From positions 26,137 through 90,136 of the forward strand of contig JACPIM010000006.1 of NCBI GenBank assembly GCA_016188045.1: a DNA stretch of 64,000 bases. Direction: 5' to 3'. Below, one piece after another: positions 52,888-62,713 of this stretch. Each line of letters starts with the position of its first letter. Position 1 is the stretch's first letter. Below the pieces are notes generated by a model. It was not told the DNA's origin. It did not search any database and saw nothing but the letters and a program-made list of their open reading frames with translations. A program made the translations under genes and the position numbers. This stretch comes from Candidatus Woesearchaeota archaeon (GTDB lineage Archaea > Nanobdellota > Nanobdellia > SCGC-AAA011-G17 > JACPIM01).

Positions 52888-53169
52888 ATGACAACAAAGG
52901 TTTATATTGGAAATTTAGCATTTAGTGTTGATACTGAAGGCCTTAAGGCTTTATTCTCAAAGTTTGAGAGTATAACTGAAGTGACTGTTATTAATGATAA
53001 ATTTTCAGGCAGATCAAAAGGATTTGGTTTCATTACTTTTTCAGATGACGAAGAAGCAAAAAAAGCAATTTCTGAAATGAATGGGAAAGAAGTCGAAGGA
53101 AGAGCCTTAAAAGTTAATGAAGCTAGGCCTATGGAAGAAAGACCAAGAAGAAGTTTTAATAGATACTAA
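52888..53169 (+). CDS. RRM RNA-binding protein
   Basis: RNP2 VYIGNL, RNP1 KGFGFITF. Confidence 0.95.
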   Translation: MTTKVYIGNLAFSVDTEGLKALFSKFESITEVTVINDKFSGRSKGFGFITFSDDEEAKKAISEMNGKEVEGRALKVNEARPMEERPRRSFNRY

Positions 53170-53230
53170 AACTTAAGAAGAGATTGCTTATTTTTCTATT
53201 TTTTTAATTTTAGAAAATTGAGCTAACCGC

Positions 53231-54421
53231 TTAAATCCTCACTTTCTTTTCTTTTCCGGTTTTCATATCTCGTATAGTTACTTTTCCTTTATCTTTTTCT
53301 CCAACAATAACTAAATTTTTAGCTTTAACAGAATCAGCATATCCCATCTGTTTGCCTAAGTTTCTCCCTAAAATCTCAACTTCGACATTATAATCTTTCC
53401 TTAATTTATCAGCAATTTTAATTGCCTTTTTATTCATTTTTTCACTAACAGGAGCTATAAAGTAATCAATTTCTTTATTTAACTTAGGAATTTTTTTCTT
53501 TTTCTCTAAAAATAATTGTATTACAATATCACCCATCCCATATCCTACACCAGGAATACCAGCTAAATCATCATATCTTCCACCACCAGCAACAGCTCTG
53601 AATTCCATACTAGAATCAAAAACCTCAAACACAGTTCCGGTATAATAATCAAATCCCCTCATAATGCTTAAATCAAGTTTACAATAATCTAAAACACCAT
53701 AATCATTCAATAAAGTAAATAATTCTTTTAACTTGTCCAAACCAGGACTATTTATCTTAATCTTATTTAAATCTCTAATTTTTAATAATTTAAATAATTC
53801 GTCTACTTTCTTAGGCTCTACTCCCTTCTCTCTTAGTTCTTTTTTAATGTCCTCATCAGAATATTTGCAGATTTTATCCAAAATTCTGTAAATATCTTTT
53901 AAATTTTCTTTTTTAATTCCAATGTCCAACAATAGATCTTCCATTAATTTTCTATTGCTTATTCTAACAAAAAAATCTTTTTTACCAAGGCCAAGTTCTT
54001 TCATTATTTCAATGCTGGTAGCTATAACTTCAGCATCAGCCATTTGATTCTTGCTTCCCAAACAATCCAAATTAAACTGAAAAAATTCTCTGACTCTTCC
54101 TTTTTGTGGTCTTTCATATCTTAAGCATCTGGAAATAGAATACCATTTTATTGGCAATTTCAAATCTTTTTTATTTTTAATCATCCTGGCAACAGTTGGT
54201 GTTGTCTCAGGCCTTAAAGCTAATTTTCTTCCGCCTTTATCAGTAAAAGAATAAATTTGTTCTGGTATTTCTTCTCCAGACTTATTATAAAGCTCAATAG
54301 GTTCTAATATTGGTCCATCTATCTCAGAATAACCATATTTCTCAGCTATCTTTCTCCATTTACCAAATATCCAATTTTGAATCCTTTTATCTTCAGGATA
54401 AAAATCTCTAAAACCTTCCAT
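53231..54421 (-). CDS. hisS: histidine--tRNA ligase
   Basis: LRPETT, RYERPQKGR.REF.Q, RGFDYYTG, GGRYD. Confidence 0.96.
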   Translation of the reverse strand: MEGFRDFYPEDKRIQNWIFGKWRKIAEKYGYSEIDGPILEPIELYNKSGEEIPEQIYSFTDKGGRKLALRPETTPTVARMIKNKKDLKLPIKWYSISRCLRYERPQKGRVREFFQFNLDCLGSKNQMADAEVIATSIEIMKELGLGKKDFFVRISNRKLMEDLLLDIGIKKENLKDIYRILDKICKYSDEDIKKELREKGVEPKKVDELFKLLKIRDLNKIKINSPGLDKLKELFTLLNDYGVLDYCKLDLSIMRGFDYYTGTVFEVFDSSMEFRAVAGGGRYDDLAGIPGVGYGMGDIVIQLFLEKKKKIPKLNKEIDYFIAPVSEKMNKKAIKIADKLRKDYNVEVEILGRNLGKQMGYADSVKAKNLVIVGEKDKGKVTIRDMKTGKEKKVRI

Positions 54422-54440
54422 TTTTATACCTCTTTAAAAG

Positions 54441-54561
54441 GGTGGATGGCGGAATTTGAATCCGCGATCACAAGCTTTCTGCTTTTTTGGGATCTTAGCA
54501 CTTTTCTTAAAAGGGCTAAAGCCACAGGCTTGTATGTTAGCCAGGCTACACCACATCCACC
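54441..54561 (-). tRNA. tRNA-His(GUG) with intron at 37/38 and encoded G-1
   Basis: acceptor GTGGATG/CATCCAC, anticodon arm CAAGC-CTGTGG^A-GCTTG, T arm GCGGA-TTCAAAT-TCCGC; CCA not fully encoded. Confidence 0.95.
54477..54521 (-). other. 45-nt BHB tRNA intron
   Basis: central helix CTGT/GCAG, bulges GG^C and AA^A. Confidence 0.9.
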
Positions 54562-54741
54562 ATATAGTTTTAATAAGAATTCAGGATTTAAAAGAGTTTT
54601 CTTACTATCAAAATCTTCCCTAACAATGAATAAAATCAACTCTTTCCATGCTTGATTTAATAGAAATGCTTATTTAAAAACCTTTACATTTCAAATTTTA
54701 AGCAAAACTTATATATAATTAATTCATTATTTATAACACTA

Positions 54742-55197
54742 ATGGCAGTTTATACCACCAATAGTTTAACTGGAACAATTATTGGAAAGATAATTTTTAT
54801 AATAATAGGATTAATTTTCTTTATATCAGCAATAATAAATATACTTCGTGGCTATTCAAGCAAAAACTGGCCATCTGTTCAAGGAAAGATTATTCATTCA
54901 GATATTCAGATTCAGAGAGATATCAGGCATGGACCTAATTACAGCCCCACAATACTTTTTGAATATTTCATCAACGGAACAAAGTATTTTTCTAATAGGA
55001 TTTCATTCGGTGGAACCAGCACAGGCCTAATAGGCATTCAAAGAATCTTAATTAAATACCCGGTAGGTTCAGATGTCCTTGTTTATTATAATCCACAAAA
55101 ACCACAAATTTCTATTCTAGAACCAGGGATTACTTTTAGCATAATTATTTTTCTTTTAGTAGGGATTATATTCACAATAGTCGGCTTTTTTATTTAA
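54742..55197 (+). CDS. DUF3592 membrane protein
   Basis: W.SV.G.I..V.VYYNP.KP..S.L between two TMs. Confidence 0.85.
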   Translation: MAVYTTNSLTGTIIGKIIFIIIGLIFFISAIINILRGYSSKNWPSVQGKIIHSDIQIQRDIRHGPNYSPTILFEYFINGTKYFSNRISFGGTSTGLIGIQRILIKYPVGSDVLVYYNPQKPQISILEPGITFSIIIFLLVGIIFTIVGFFI

Positions 55198-55216
55198 TAT
55201 TTATCTTTTCTTCTTT

Positions 55217-55663
55217 TTAGTTTTTTTTAATAGTTATTTTTTCCTTAGTAAGCTCTTCAATGTTTTTAACAAACAGTATTGTTCTTTCAAAAAAACTTCT
55301 TAATTTTTCAAAATTAACATCCATCACATCAGTAATTAAAGCAACATTCTTTCTGTATTCATCTTTTCTCCTAAAAGGAGCAGCATCTAGTTCTTTCAAT
55401 AAAAGATAAAATTTCATGTCTGATTTAAATTCTGGTTTTCTCTCTTCTAGTTGCTTTACCCTTACTCGAGGAACATCAGATATTTCTTTAATCTTTAAAT
55501 ATTTTAAAGCATTTAAGATGGCAAAATCATAAGCGCTGATTAATCTTTTTATGGTATTCTTGATTACATCAACAGTTCTTGTATACTTCAAAGTAACATA
55601 AATTAGATGATCCGCCCTTTTCAATTCTTGTTCCGCACTTTCCTCTAACTCGTCAAATTCCAT
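55217..55663 (-). CDS. conserved hypothetical protein
   Basis: ADHLIYVTL; paralog of the next gene. Confidence 0.75.
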   Translation of the reverse strand: MEFDELEESAEQELKRADHLIYVTLKYTRTVDVIKNTIKRLISAYDFAILNALKYLKIKEISDVPRVRVKQLEERKPEFKSDMKFYLLLKELDAAPFRRKDEYRKNVALITDVMDVNFEKLRSFFERTILFVKNIEELTKEKITIKKN

Positions 55664-56129
55664 TTTTTATTAATAACATATTAGCATTATTCATAAACTC
55701 TTTAGATTTATTTACATATTCCTTGACTTTCTTGTAATTTAGTGATTTAGTATTAAAACCAGAACTGCATATTACTAAATTGTCTCTTCTTACAAATTCC
55801 ATCGGGCTTCTTTTCCTAAACTCCTTAAATTTATTTAATTCTTCCAATAATAAAAATATATTTCCATTAAAATTATATCTTTTACCTATCACTTTTTTAA
55901 ATAATTCTAATTTTTCATTTAAACTTTCAGGAACATGACTTATCCTCTTATACAAATAGTCATAGTTTAATACCGCAGTTATTACATCAATTAAGGTATT
56001 GAACAATTTATCAACAATACCAAACATAAGTTTCGGGTCATTAACCAAAGGATAAGTAACATAAACCATATGATCAACCGTTTTAAAGTCATTTAAAGCT
56101 TTTTTCATCAAGGTCTCATACATTTCCAT
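55653..56129 (-). CDS. conserved hypothetical protein
   Basis: VDHMVYVTY; paralog of the previous gene. Confidence 0.75.
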   Translation of the reverse strand: MEMYETLMKKALNDFKTVDHMVYVTYPLVNDPKLMFGIVDKLFNTLIDVITAVLNYDYLYKRISHVPESLNEKLELFKKVIGKRYNFNGNIFLLLEELNKFKEFRKRSPMEFVRRDNLVICSSGFNTKSLNYKKVKEYVNKSKEFMNNANMLLIKNGI

Positions 56130-56155
56130 ATAATATATATACTAGATAAAATATA

Positions 56156-56485
56156 TTAATCTTTCTTAAGTTTCAATATCGCTTTAGCAAGATCTCCTTC
56201 TTTTTTTAAGGTAGATTTAGCCTCTTCTTCACTGCATCCTGTTTGTTCCATCACTGTTTTAATATCGTCTTCATTAAATAATTCTATATCTTCTTCTTCA
56301 TAATCACCAATTATTTGAAATGTTTCCTGACCCATAGCATTTATTTTACTAACTTCAGGATTAATAAATCTTAATTGTTTATCTTTACCTTTGATTATTA
56401 CCTCTTCAGCTTCTATTTCTTCTTGTTTCATCCCAAGCTTTTTCATTGCTTGTTTCATCATTTTAGGATTAATTCCGGGTAACAT
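56156..56485 (-). CDS. nac: nascent polypeptide-associated complex protein
   Basis: NPKMMKQAMKKLG..UBA GDLAKAI. Confidence 0.93.
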   Translation of the reverse strand: MLPGINPKMMKQAMKKLGMKQEEIEAEEVIIKGKDKQLRFINPEVSKINAMGQETFQIIGDYEEEDIELFNEDDIKTVMEQTGCSEEEAKSTLKKEGDLAKAILKLKKD

Positions 56486-56523
56486 ATATATAAAGAAATA
56501 AGAACTACTATAAAAACCTTATT

Positions 56524-56691
56524 CTAAAGTCCAAATATGTTAAATCTTTTTAATAACAACTCTAAAACTATAACTATAACTATTATAATCACTATGGTCA
56601 TAGGGCCAAATTCAAGTTTGCTTTTATAATCCTCAAAATATCTTACTAATCCACCGCCAGATTGCGGTAATTGAATTTTATTATCTGCCAT
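56524..56691 (-). CDS. secG: preprotein translocase subunit Sec61beta/SecG (55 aa, not in the ORF track)
   Basis: MADNKIQLPQSGGGLVRYFEDYKSKLEFGP followed by a TM segment. Confidence 0.88.
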   Translation of the reverse strand: MADNKIQLPQSGGGLVRYFEDYKSKLEFGPMTIVIIIVIVIVLELLLKRFNIFGL

Positions 56692-56995
56692 TTTATTTTT
56701 TTCTTATTTCATCATTTTTAAGTCTTTCTCTAATCATGGTAGGGTATCTACTTATTATATAATGCTTCAAGCAATGATTGTGCAGCACTAGATACAACTC
56801 CCTATCCTCAAATAAAGGAACAAAAGGAAGAAAAAATGAAAGTTTACCACCACAGTAGAGGTTCCAAGAGCACGAACTTTTAAATCTAAACTGCCATATT
56901 CTGTCCATGCCATAAAAAAGATTCCTTTTTCTTCCATATAACCATTAACGCACCTTTAGCATATAAAAGGTTTGCCATAATTATTAAAAATAGAG

Positions 56996-57406
56996 GTAGG
57001 TAGGTTATAAGCCACCTTCTGTTGAATCTAACGATTTTCATCATTAATGATTCATTTCAACATCCGACTAAGCGACCTTACCTTTTTTCTAAAGGGGTGT
57101 CTTGCACAAGTTGGGGCTCGCCGTTTCATCCATTTCTACTGAAACATCAGTTTTTTCAACATCATTTTCCGCGAACGCTTTTTTTAAAAGGGTTCTTTAG
57201 CAGTAGCTGGTCTCGTTTCTGTGCGGTTGCCTTCCATTTCTGAAATCTGATTTGCATCAGACAACTCACTCCAGTAAAGGAGTTGATAAGAACTTTTGGT
57301 CAACCAACATAGGAGTTGATAAGAACCTTGGTTCTTATTGTGGATGGACTTTCCTCATTTCTTGACTGTTTAAAGTCGAAAAAACGATAGTTGAACACCT
57401 ACCTAC
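56996..57406 (-). ncRNA. rnpB: RNase P RNA
   Basis: P1 GTAGGTAGGT/ACCTACCTAC, GAGGAAAGTCC, GCACAGAAAC, GGATGAAACGG, GTGCAAG, AACAGAAGGTGGCTTA. Confidence 0.92.
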
Positions 57407-57552
57407 TAAAATAATCTATATACTGTAGAATATAAATGTTTTGATTTTAGTGATTAACGTTGAAATAATTGATTTAGGCCTAGTTATGAAACTTTATTTA
57501 CATAGTAAAATCCAGAAAGCCTTATATATAATTTCGCCTTAATAATAACAAA

Positions 57553-58113
57553 ATGGATAGGAGAGTCAGTGAACTATCAATATTAGAGAAATTTGTAAAT
57601 AATTTTGTTTCTATAGTTGAAAAACATTGCAAATATGTGGTTGTTTCTGGTTTTGTTGCAATTGCTCATGGAAGAACAAGAGGAACAGAGGATATTGATA
57701 TAATAATAGAAAGATTAGATGAACTTAAATTTTATAAATTGCATAATGATTTATTGAAGAAAGGATTTGTTTGTGTTCAGGCAGATGATGCAAAAACAGT
57801 TTGTGATTATCTAAAAGATAATTTAAGTGTTAGGTATATTAAAAAAGGCACTTTTGTTCCAGAGATGGAAGTTAAATTTACAAAAGATTCATTAGATGAA
57901 TATCAAATACAGACAAGAAAAAAATTACCTCTTAGTGGCCTGGATATTTATTTTTCTACAATAGAAATGAACATAGCATCTAAAGAGGAATTATTAAAAT
58001 CTGAAAAAGACATGGAAGATGCAAAACATTTAAGAGAAGTTTACTCTGATGAAATAGATGAAAATGAGATTAATAAGATAAAAAAAGAAATTAAAAGATT
58101 AAGATTAAAATGA
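57553..58113 (+). CDS. nucleotidyltransferase-like protein
   Basis: VSG..HG.TRGTEDIDI..KD..D. Confidence 0.75.
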   Translation: MDRRVSELSILEKFVNNFVSIVEKHCKYVVVSGFVAIAHGRTRGTEDIDIIIERLDELKFYKLHNDLLKKGFVCVQADDAKTVCDYLKDNLSVRYIKKGTFVPEMEVKFTKDSLDEYQIQTRKKLPLSGLDIYFSTIEMNIASKEELLKSEKDMEDAKHLREVYSDEIDENEINKIKKEIKRLRLK

Positions 58114-58307
58114 GAGATAAAACACATTCAGAACAGATTGTAAGATGGGCAAGATTTGTAAAAAACAATGATATTTCTACTTGGAAACCAATGGTTAAAG
58201 CTTTAACAGATTCACAAATAATTATGGCAAATAGATTTTATTCAAATTTGATAAAAACTGAAAAAGGAAAATTAAAAGCTGAAAAATTGTTAAAAAGGAA
58301 GCTATGA
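58110..58307 (+). CDS. small hypothetical protein
   Basis: 65 aa, coupled by ATGA overlap. Confidence 0.65.
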   Translation: MRDKTHSEQIVRWARFVKNNDISTWKPMVKALTDSQIIMANRFYSNLIKTEKGKLKAEKLLKRKL

Positions 58308-58308
58308 A

Positions 58309-58974
58309 ATGACCCTCAAACTATCACCTTCAAGTATAAACCTAATGCTAGAATGCCCTAGATGCTTCTGGCTTCAAATAGTCAAGAAAATAAAACGCCC
58401 TGAATCTATTTTTCCTTCTCTCCCTTCTGGCATGGATAAGATATTAAAAGAGCATTTTGATAGATTTATGGAAAAAAACGAATTACCTCCCGAAATAAAA
58501 GAGCATGTTAAAGATTGTAAATTATTCAATGATAAGGAAAAACTTAAAATTTGGAGAAATAACTTAAAAGGCATAGAGTATAAAGATGAGGAAAATGATA
58601 TTCTTTTGCATGGTGCAGTTGACAATTTACTAGTAAAAGGCAAAAAATTAATAGTTTTAGACTATAAAACTAGAGGTTTTCCATTAAAAGAAGATACTCA
58701 TGAGCATTATCAGGTTCAGCTTGATTTGTATAATTTTTTATTAAGGAAGAATAATTATGAAACAGAAGATTATAGTTATTTATTGTTTTATTATCCTAAT
58801 AAAGTATTAGAGACCGGAGAAGTTATATTTGATACTAGATTGATTAAGATGAAGACTAGTAGTTTAGATGGAGAAAAGATATTTAAGGAAGCTGTTAGAG
58901 TTATTAAGAATAATATGCCTGAAGCTGGAAAAGAGTGTGGGTTTTGTAGGCGAATAAATGAAAATGGACCATAG
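58309..58974 (+). CDS. PD-(D/E)XK nuclease (Cas4/AddB-like)
   Basis: LSPS..CPRC, GAVD..LDYKT, QL..Y, CGFC. Confidence 0.88.
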   Translation: MTLKLSPSSINLMLECPRCFWLQIVKKIKRPESIFPSLPSGMDKILKEHFDRFMEKNELPPEIKEHVKDCKLFNDKEKLKIWRNNLKGIEYKDEENDILLHGAVDNLLVKGKKLIVLDYKTRGFPLKEDTHEHYQVQLDLYNFLLRKNNYETEDYSYLLFYYPNKVLETGEVIFDTRLIKMKTSSLDGEKIFKEAVRVIKNNMPEAGKECGFCRRINENGP

Positions 58975-59326
58975 TACAAAGATTCAAGAATTAAAAGAAA
59001 AAATAAAACAATTTTGCGAGGATAGAGATTGGGATCAGTATCATGGAGCAAAAGAACTTTCAATAGGGGTAATTACGGAGGCTTCTGAATTATTAGAACA
59101 TTTTAGATTTAAATCAGAAAAAGAAATTGAAGAGTTTTTTAAAGATAATAACAAAAAGGAGAAAATTTCTGAAGAAGTAGCTGACGTATTATATTTCATT
59201 TTAAGATTTGCTCAAAGATATGATATTGATCTAGCAACCGTATTAAATAAAAAAATGGAAAAAAATGAACAAAAATATCCTTTAGAAAAATCAAAAGGGA
59301 GTAATAAAAAATATACAGAACTATGA
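58958..59326 (+). CDS. MazG-like nucleotide pyrophosphohydrolase
   Basis: RDWDQYH..EASEL..EEVADV..N..KYP. Confidence 0.9.
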   Translation: MKMDHSTKIQELKEKIKQFCEDRDWDQYHGAKELSIGVITEASELLEHFRFKSEKEIEEFFKDNNKKEKISEEVADVLYFILRFAQRYDIDLATVLNKKMEKNEQKYPLEKSKGSNKKYTEL

Positions 59327-61191
59327 GATTATACGAAGAGGCAGTTGAAAAATTCAAAGAAGATGTTTCTCAAAATAAAATAGCAGATAAGATCTCAAAT
59401 CAATATCAAGAATATTACAAAAGAAAGGCAAACCCATCAGAAGTTAGGTCTTGGGTTAATTCTTTAAATTTTGTTAAAAATGTTTTAGAATATGCTCCGA
59501 TAGAAAAAAATAGAATAATAGTTGAATATGAATTACCTTACTCAGAAAAAAGAATAGATGTTATCTTATTTGGAAAAGATGAAGAAGGAAATGATAATAT
59601 AGTTATAATTGAGTTAAAACAATGGTCTAATGAAAATGTCAAAGATTCAGAAAATGAAGGCAACGTTAGAGTAGATTATGGTAGATTTGAACAAGAATCT
59701 CCACATCCTTCGTTACAGATAGAGGGCTATTATTGGCACTTAAAGGATTTCTTAACAGTATTTGAAGAAGAGCCAAAAATAATGTTAAGTGCTTGTGTTT
59801 ATTGTCATAATTACACTAAAGGTGAAAACGAAGTTCTTTATTTACCCAAGTTTAAACCCAATCTAGAAAAATATCCTGTTTTCTCAAAACAAGAAATAAT
59901 CGATTTTGGAAAATATCTAAAAACCAAATTGGCTACAGATCCAGGATTAGAAGTATTCGGAAGATTCAAGAATAGTATTTTTAGACCATCTAAAAAATTA
60001 ATGAATCACGTAGGGGAGATGATTAATCAACAGCAAATCTTCCATTTAATTGATGAGCAAATCACCTCTTATAAAGCAATAATGCAACAAGCAAAGAATT
60101 TAACAAAATCAAAAGAAAAAGCAGTAATAATAATCAAGGGTGGACCTGGTACAGGAAAATCTGTAATTGCCTTAGAAGTTATGGGCGAATTAATGGAAAA
60201 AGGAATAAATGTTGTTCATGCTACAGGATCTTCTGCATTTACAAATACATTAAGAAAAATATTAGGAATAAGGGCAGCTAAACAATTTAAGTTTTTTAAT
60301 AGTTTTTTAAAGCATAAAGAAAACAGCATAGATGTCTTAATTTGTGATGAGGCTCACAGAATCAGAAAGACAAGTGAAAGTATGTACACACCAAAGACGC
60401 TAAGAACAGGAGAACCGCAAATAAATGAGTTAATTAGGTCTGCAAAGTTAAGCATTTTTTTCTTGGATGAAAAACAAGTTGTTAGACCAACAGAAATAGG
60501 AAGTTCAAAATTAATAAAAGAAGCAGCTGAAAGATTTGAAGCTAAAATCTACGAAATGCCAGAATTAAAAACTCAATTTAGGTGTGGTGGTTCTGGTGGT
60601 TACTTAGAAAAAATTGAGCAAATATTAAACATAAGAGAAGAAGGAACAGAATTGGAGTCGGAAGAAGAAATAAAAATGGAACTTAAAATTCTCGGTTCTC
60701 CACACAAGCTTAAAGAAATAATAGATAGAAAAAATAGAGAAAAGAAAAATTGCGCAAGATTAACGGCCGGATTTTGTTGGTCATGGAGTAAACCAAACAA
60801 AGATGGTTCTTTAGTTAATGATGTTAAAATAGGAGATTTTGAAATGCCCTGGGAAAATAAAGAGACCTTCTGGAAGTGGGCCACTGAAGATTCTGGAATG
60901 GAACAAGTCGGCACAGTTTATACTTCACAAGGATTTGAATTTGATTACATAGGGGTAATATTTGGAAATGATTTAGTTTGGAATAAAGAAACAAAAAGTT
61001 GGTATGCTAAACCAGAAAACTCTTATGATAATATGGCAAAAAGGGGAAATGACGAATTTGTAAACCATCTTAAAAATATTTATAGGGTCCTTCTATCAAG
61101 AGCACACAAAGGAGTTTATATTTATTTTATGGATAAAAATACTGAAGAGTATTTTATCAAAAAAGCCAGAGAATTAAAGCTTATTACCTAA
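59323..61191 (+). CDS. DUF2075 (Schlafen group 3-like) nuclease-helicase
   Basis: RID..IELKQW, GGPGTGKS, DEAHR, QFR, SQGFEFDY, YRVLLSR. Confidence 0.88.
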   Translation: MRLYEEAVEKFKEDVSQNKIADKISNQYQEYYKRKANPSEVRSWVNSLNFVKNVLEYAPIEKNRIIVEYELPYSEKRIDVILFGKDEEGNDNIVIIELKQWSNENVKDSENEGNVRVDYGRFEQESPHPSLQIEGYYWHLKDFLTVFEEEPKIMLSACVYCHNYTKGENEVLYLPKFKPNLEKYPVFSKQEIIDFGKYLKTKLATDPGLEVFGRFKNSIFRPSKKLMNHVGEMINQQQIFHLIDEQITSYKAIMQQAKNLTKSKEKAVIIIKGGPGTGKSVIALEVMGELMEKGINVVHATGSSAFTNTLRKILGIRAAKQFKFFNSFLKHKENSIDVLICDEAHRIRKTSESMYTPKTLRTGEPQINELIRSAKLSIFFLDEKQVVRPTEIGSSKLIKEAAERFEAKIYEMPELKTQFRCGGSGGYLEKIEQILNIREEGTELESEEEIKMELKILGSPHKLKEIIDRKNREKKNCARLTAGFCWSWSKPNKDGSLVNDVKIGDFEMPWENKETFWKWATEDSGMEQVGTVYTSQGFEFDYIGVIFGNDLVWNKETKSWYAKPENSYDNMAKRGNDEFVNHLKNIYRVLLSRAHKGVYIYFMDKNTEEYFIKKARELKLIT

Positions 61192-61851
61192 CCAATTCCA
61201 GTATCTATTTTTTCCAACGATAACATGATCTAGAACTTGTATACCTAACATTTTCCCAGTGTCAATCATTTTTTTAGTAATCTCAATGTCTTCATTAGAA
61301 GGACTAGGATCTCCACTAGGATGATTATGCACTAAAACAATAGAATTTGCACTTTCTCTAATAGCATAATTAAATATCTCCCTAGGATGTATCAAAGAAG
61401 AATTCAAGCTTCCAACAAATATCTCTTTTTCACCAATAATCTTATTCTTAGTATCTAATAAAACAACCCAAAAAACTTCTTTTTTTAAAGGAACAAACCT
61501 ATCAACAAATCTATTAAACACATCTTTAGGGCTATTAAAATAACCAGTATTAAAACCGCCTTTCTTTAATTTATTAGTTCTTCTGAATAATTCAAATAAA
61601 CTCATAATTTTAGCAGCTTTAAATTCATTCTTAATTTCATTATGTAATTCATTTAAGCTTAAATCAGCTAATCTATGAAAGTTATATTTTTTCAGTAGTT
61701 TATTAGCCAAATCTATTGCACTTTCATCTTTTTCAACTCCAGAACCAAGAATTAAAGCTAATAACTCCGCCTCATTTAATTTTTCAACACCTTCTCTCTT
61801 CAATCTAGTCAAAGGTTGTGTAAAAAAAGGCATTTCTTCTATTTTCATCAT
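61174..61851 (-). CDS. radC: RadC/JAB family protein
   Basis: ELLALILG..HPREIF..HNHPSGDPSPS..D..DH. Confidence 0.93.
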   Translation of the reverse strand: MMKIEEMPFFTQPLTRLKREGVEKLNEAELLALILGSGVEKDESAIDLANKLLKKYNFHRLADLSLNELHNEIKNEFKAAKIMSLFELFRRTNKLKKGGFNTGYFNSPKDVFNRFVDRFVPLKKEVFWVVLLDTKNKIIGEKEIFVGSLNSSLIHPREIFNYAIRESANSIVLVHNHPSGDPSPSNEDIEITKKMIDTGKMLGIQVLDHVIVGKNRYWNWLGNKL

Positions 61852-62000
61852 TATTTTAATATCAACTCATTTTTAATGTATTTCTAAGAATAAACATATA
61901 TTTTGTAATTTAGTAGTTTCACACTAGTTTATTATGAGTTATGAGTCATAAAAAGATTTAAAAACATAGTTATCCTTAGAATTATCAGGAGAACATAAAA

Positions 62001-62240
62001 ATGCAAGAAGCTCAAATACTTAAAATGTTAACCACGTTTGATTTAGACTTGGAGTGGTTTAAAGAGAACTTAACCTCTTTAAAGGAAAATTATGACCAAA
62101 ATTATGTAGCTATAGAGAATACTGAAGTCATAGTACATGATAAAAATATAGATAACCTAATCACAAAACTAAAACAACTAGGCAAAGACCCATCAAAAGT
62201 ATTCATACAATTTGTTTCTAAAGTTAAATCAATATTTTGA
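62001..62240 (+). CDS. DUF5678-like protein
   Basis: WF.EN..L...Y...YVAI. Confidence 0.7.
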   Translation: MQEAQILKMLTTFDLDLEWFKENLTSLKENYDQNYVAIENTEVIVHDKNIDNLITKLKQLGKDPSKVFIQFVSKVKSIF

Positions 62241-62247
62241 TAATCAG

Positions 62248-62688
62248 ATGAGAATTCCTCTAATACTAGTTGATGGAACCCCACGCGTTAATGCTATCCT
62301 GTTTTCCAATCGTTATCATTTTGGTTTAGCAAGGATAACTTTTGTTGTAGATACAGGAAGTAATGCTACTTTTATTGGTGAAGAGGATTTTGCAGGATTA
62401 CAAATTTCAATGGATACGTTGCATAAAGAAGAGGCATTTAAAATGGCGGGATCAAAATATAATCTCTTGCTAGGAAAAGAGGGAACATTATTATTCAAAA
62501 CAAATGAAAATAAAACTACACGTATTGAATTGCCAAATATCCCCATAGCCAAAACAATCAGCAAGAAAGCTTTAGACATAGAAGGTATACCATCCATACT
62601 TGGAACAGATTTTCTAGAAAAAAATAAACTTACTTTATATTTTAATCCAAGTAAGGATCTGATGTATTTGGAAAAAGAAGAATACTAG
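62248..62688 (+). CDS. retropepsin-like aspartyl protease
   Basis: VDTGS..ILGTDFL; ATG at 62248 preferred. Confidence 0.8.
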   Translation: MRIPLILVDGTPRVNAILFSNRYHFGLARITFVVDTGSNATFIGEEDFAGLQISMDTLHKEEAFKMAGSKYNLLLGKEGTLLFKTNENKTTRIELPNIPIAKTISKKALDIEGIPSILGTDFLEKNKLTLYFNPSKDLMYLEKEEY

Positions 62689-62713
62689 GAAATCATAAGA
62701 ACGTAGTTCTTAT
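62686..62713. repeat. ATAAG-stem hairpin (family B)
   Basis: TAGGAAATC ATAAGAAC-GTA-GTTCTTAT. Confidence 0.6.

Noticed and set aside
54377-54655. ORFs 54377..54655 and 54424..54639
   Set aside because: They overlap tRNA-His and are spurious.
56693-56978. Fragmented ORFs between rnpB and secG
   Set aside because: No recognisable protein in any frame; cannot support a gene or an intron.
57022-57243. 73-aa ORF
   Set aside because: Antisense to RNase P RNA.
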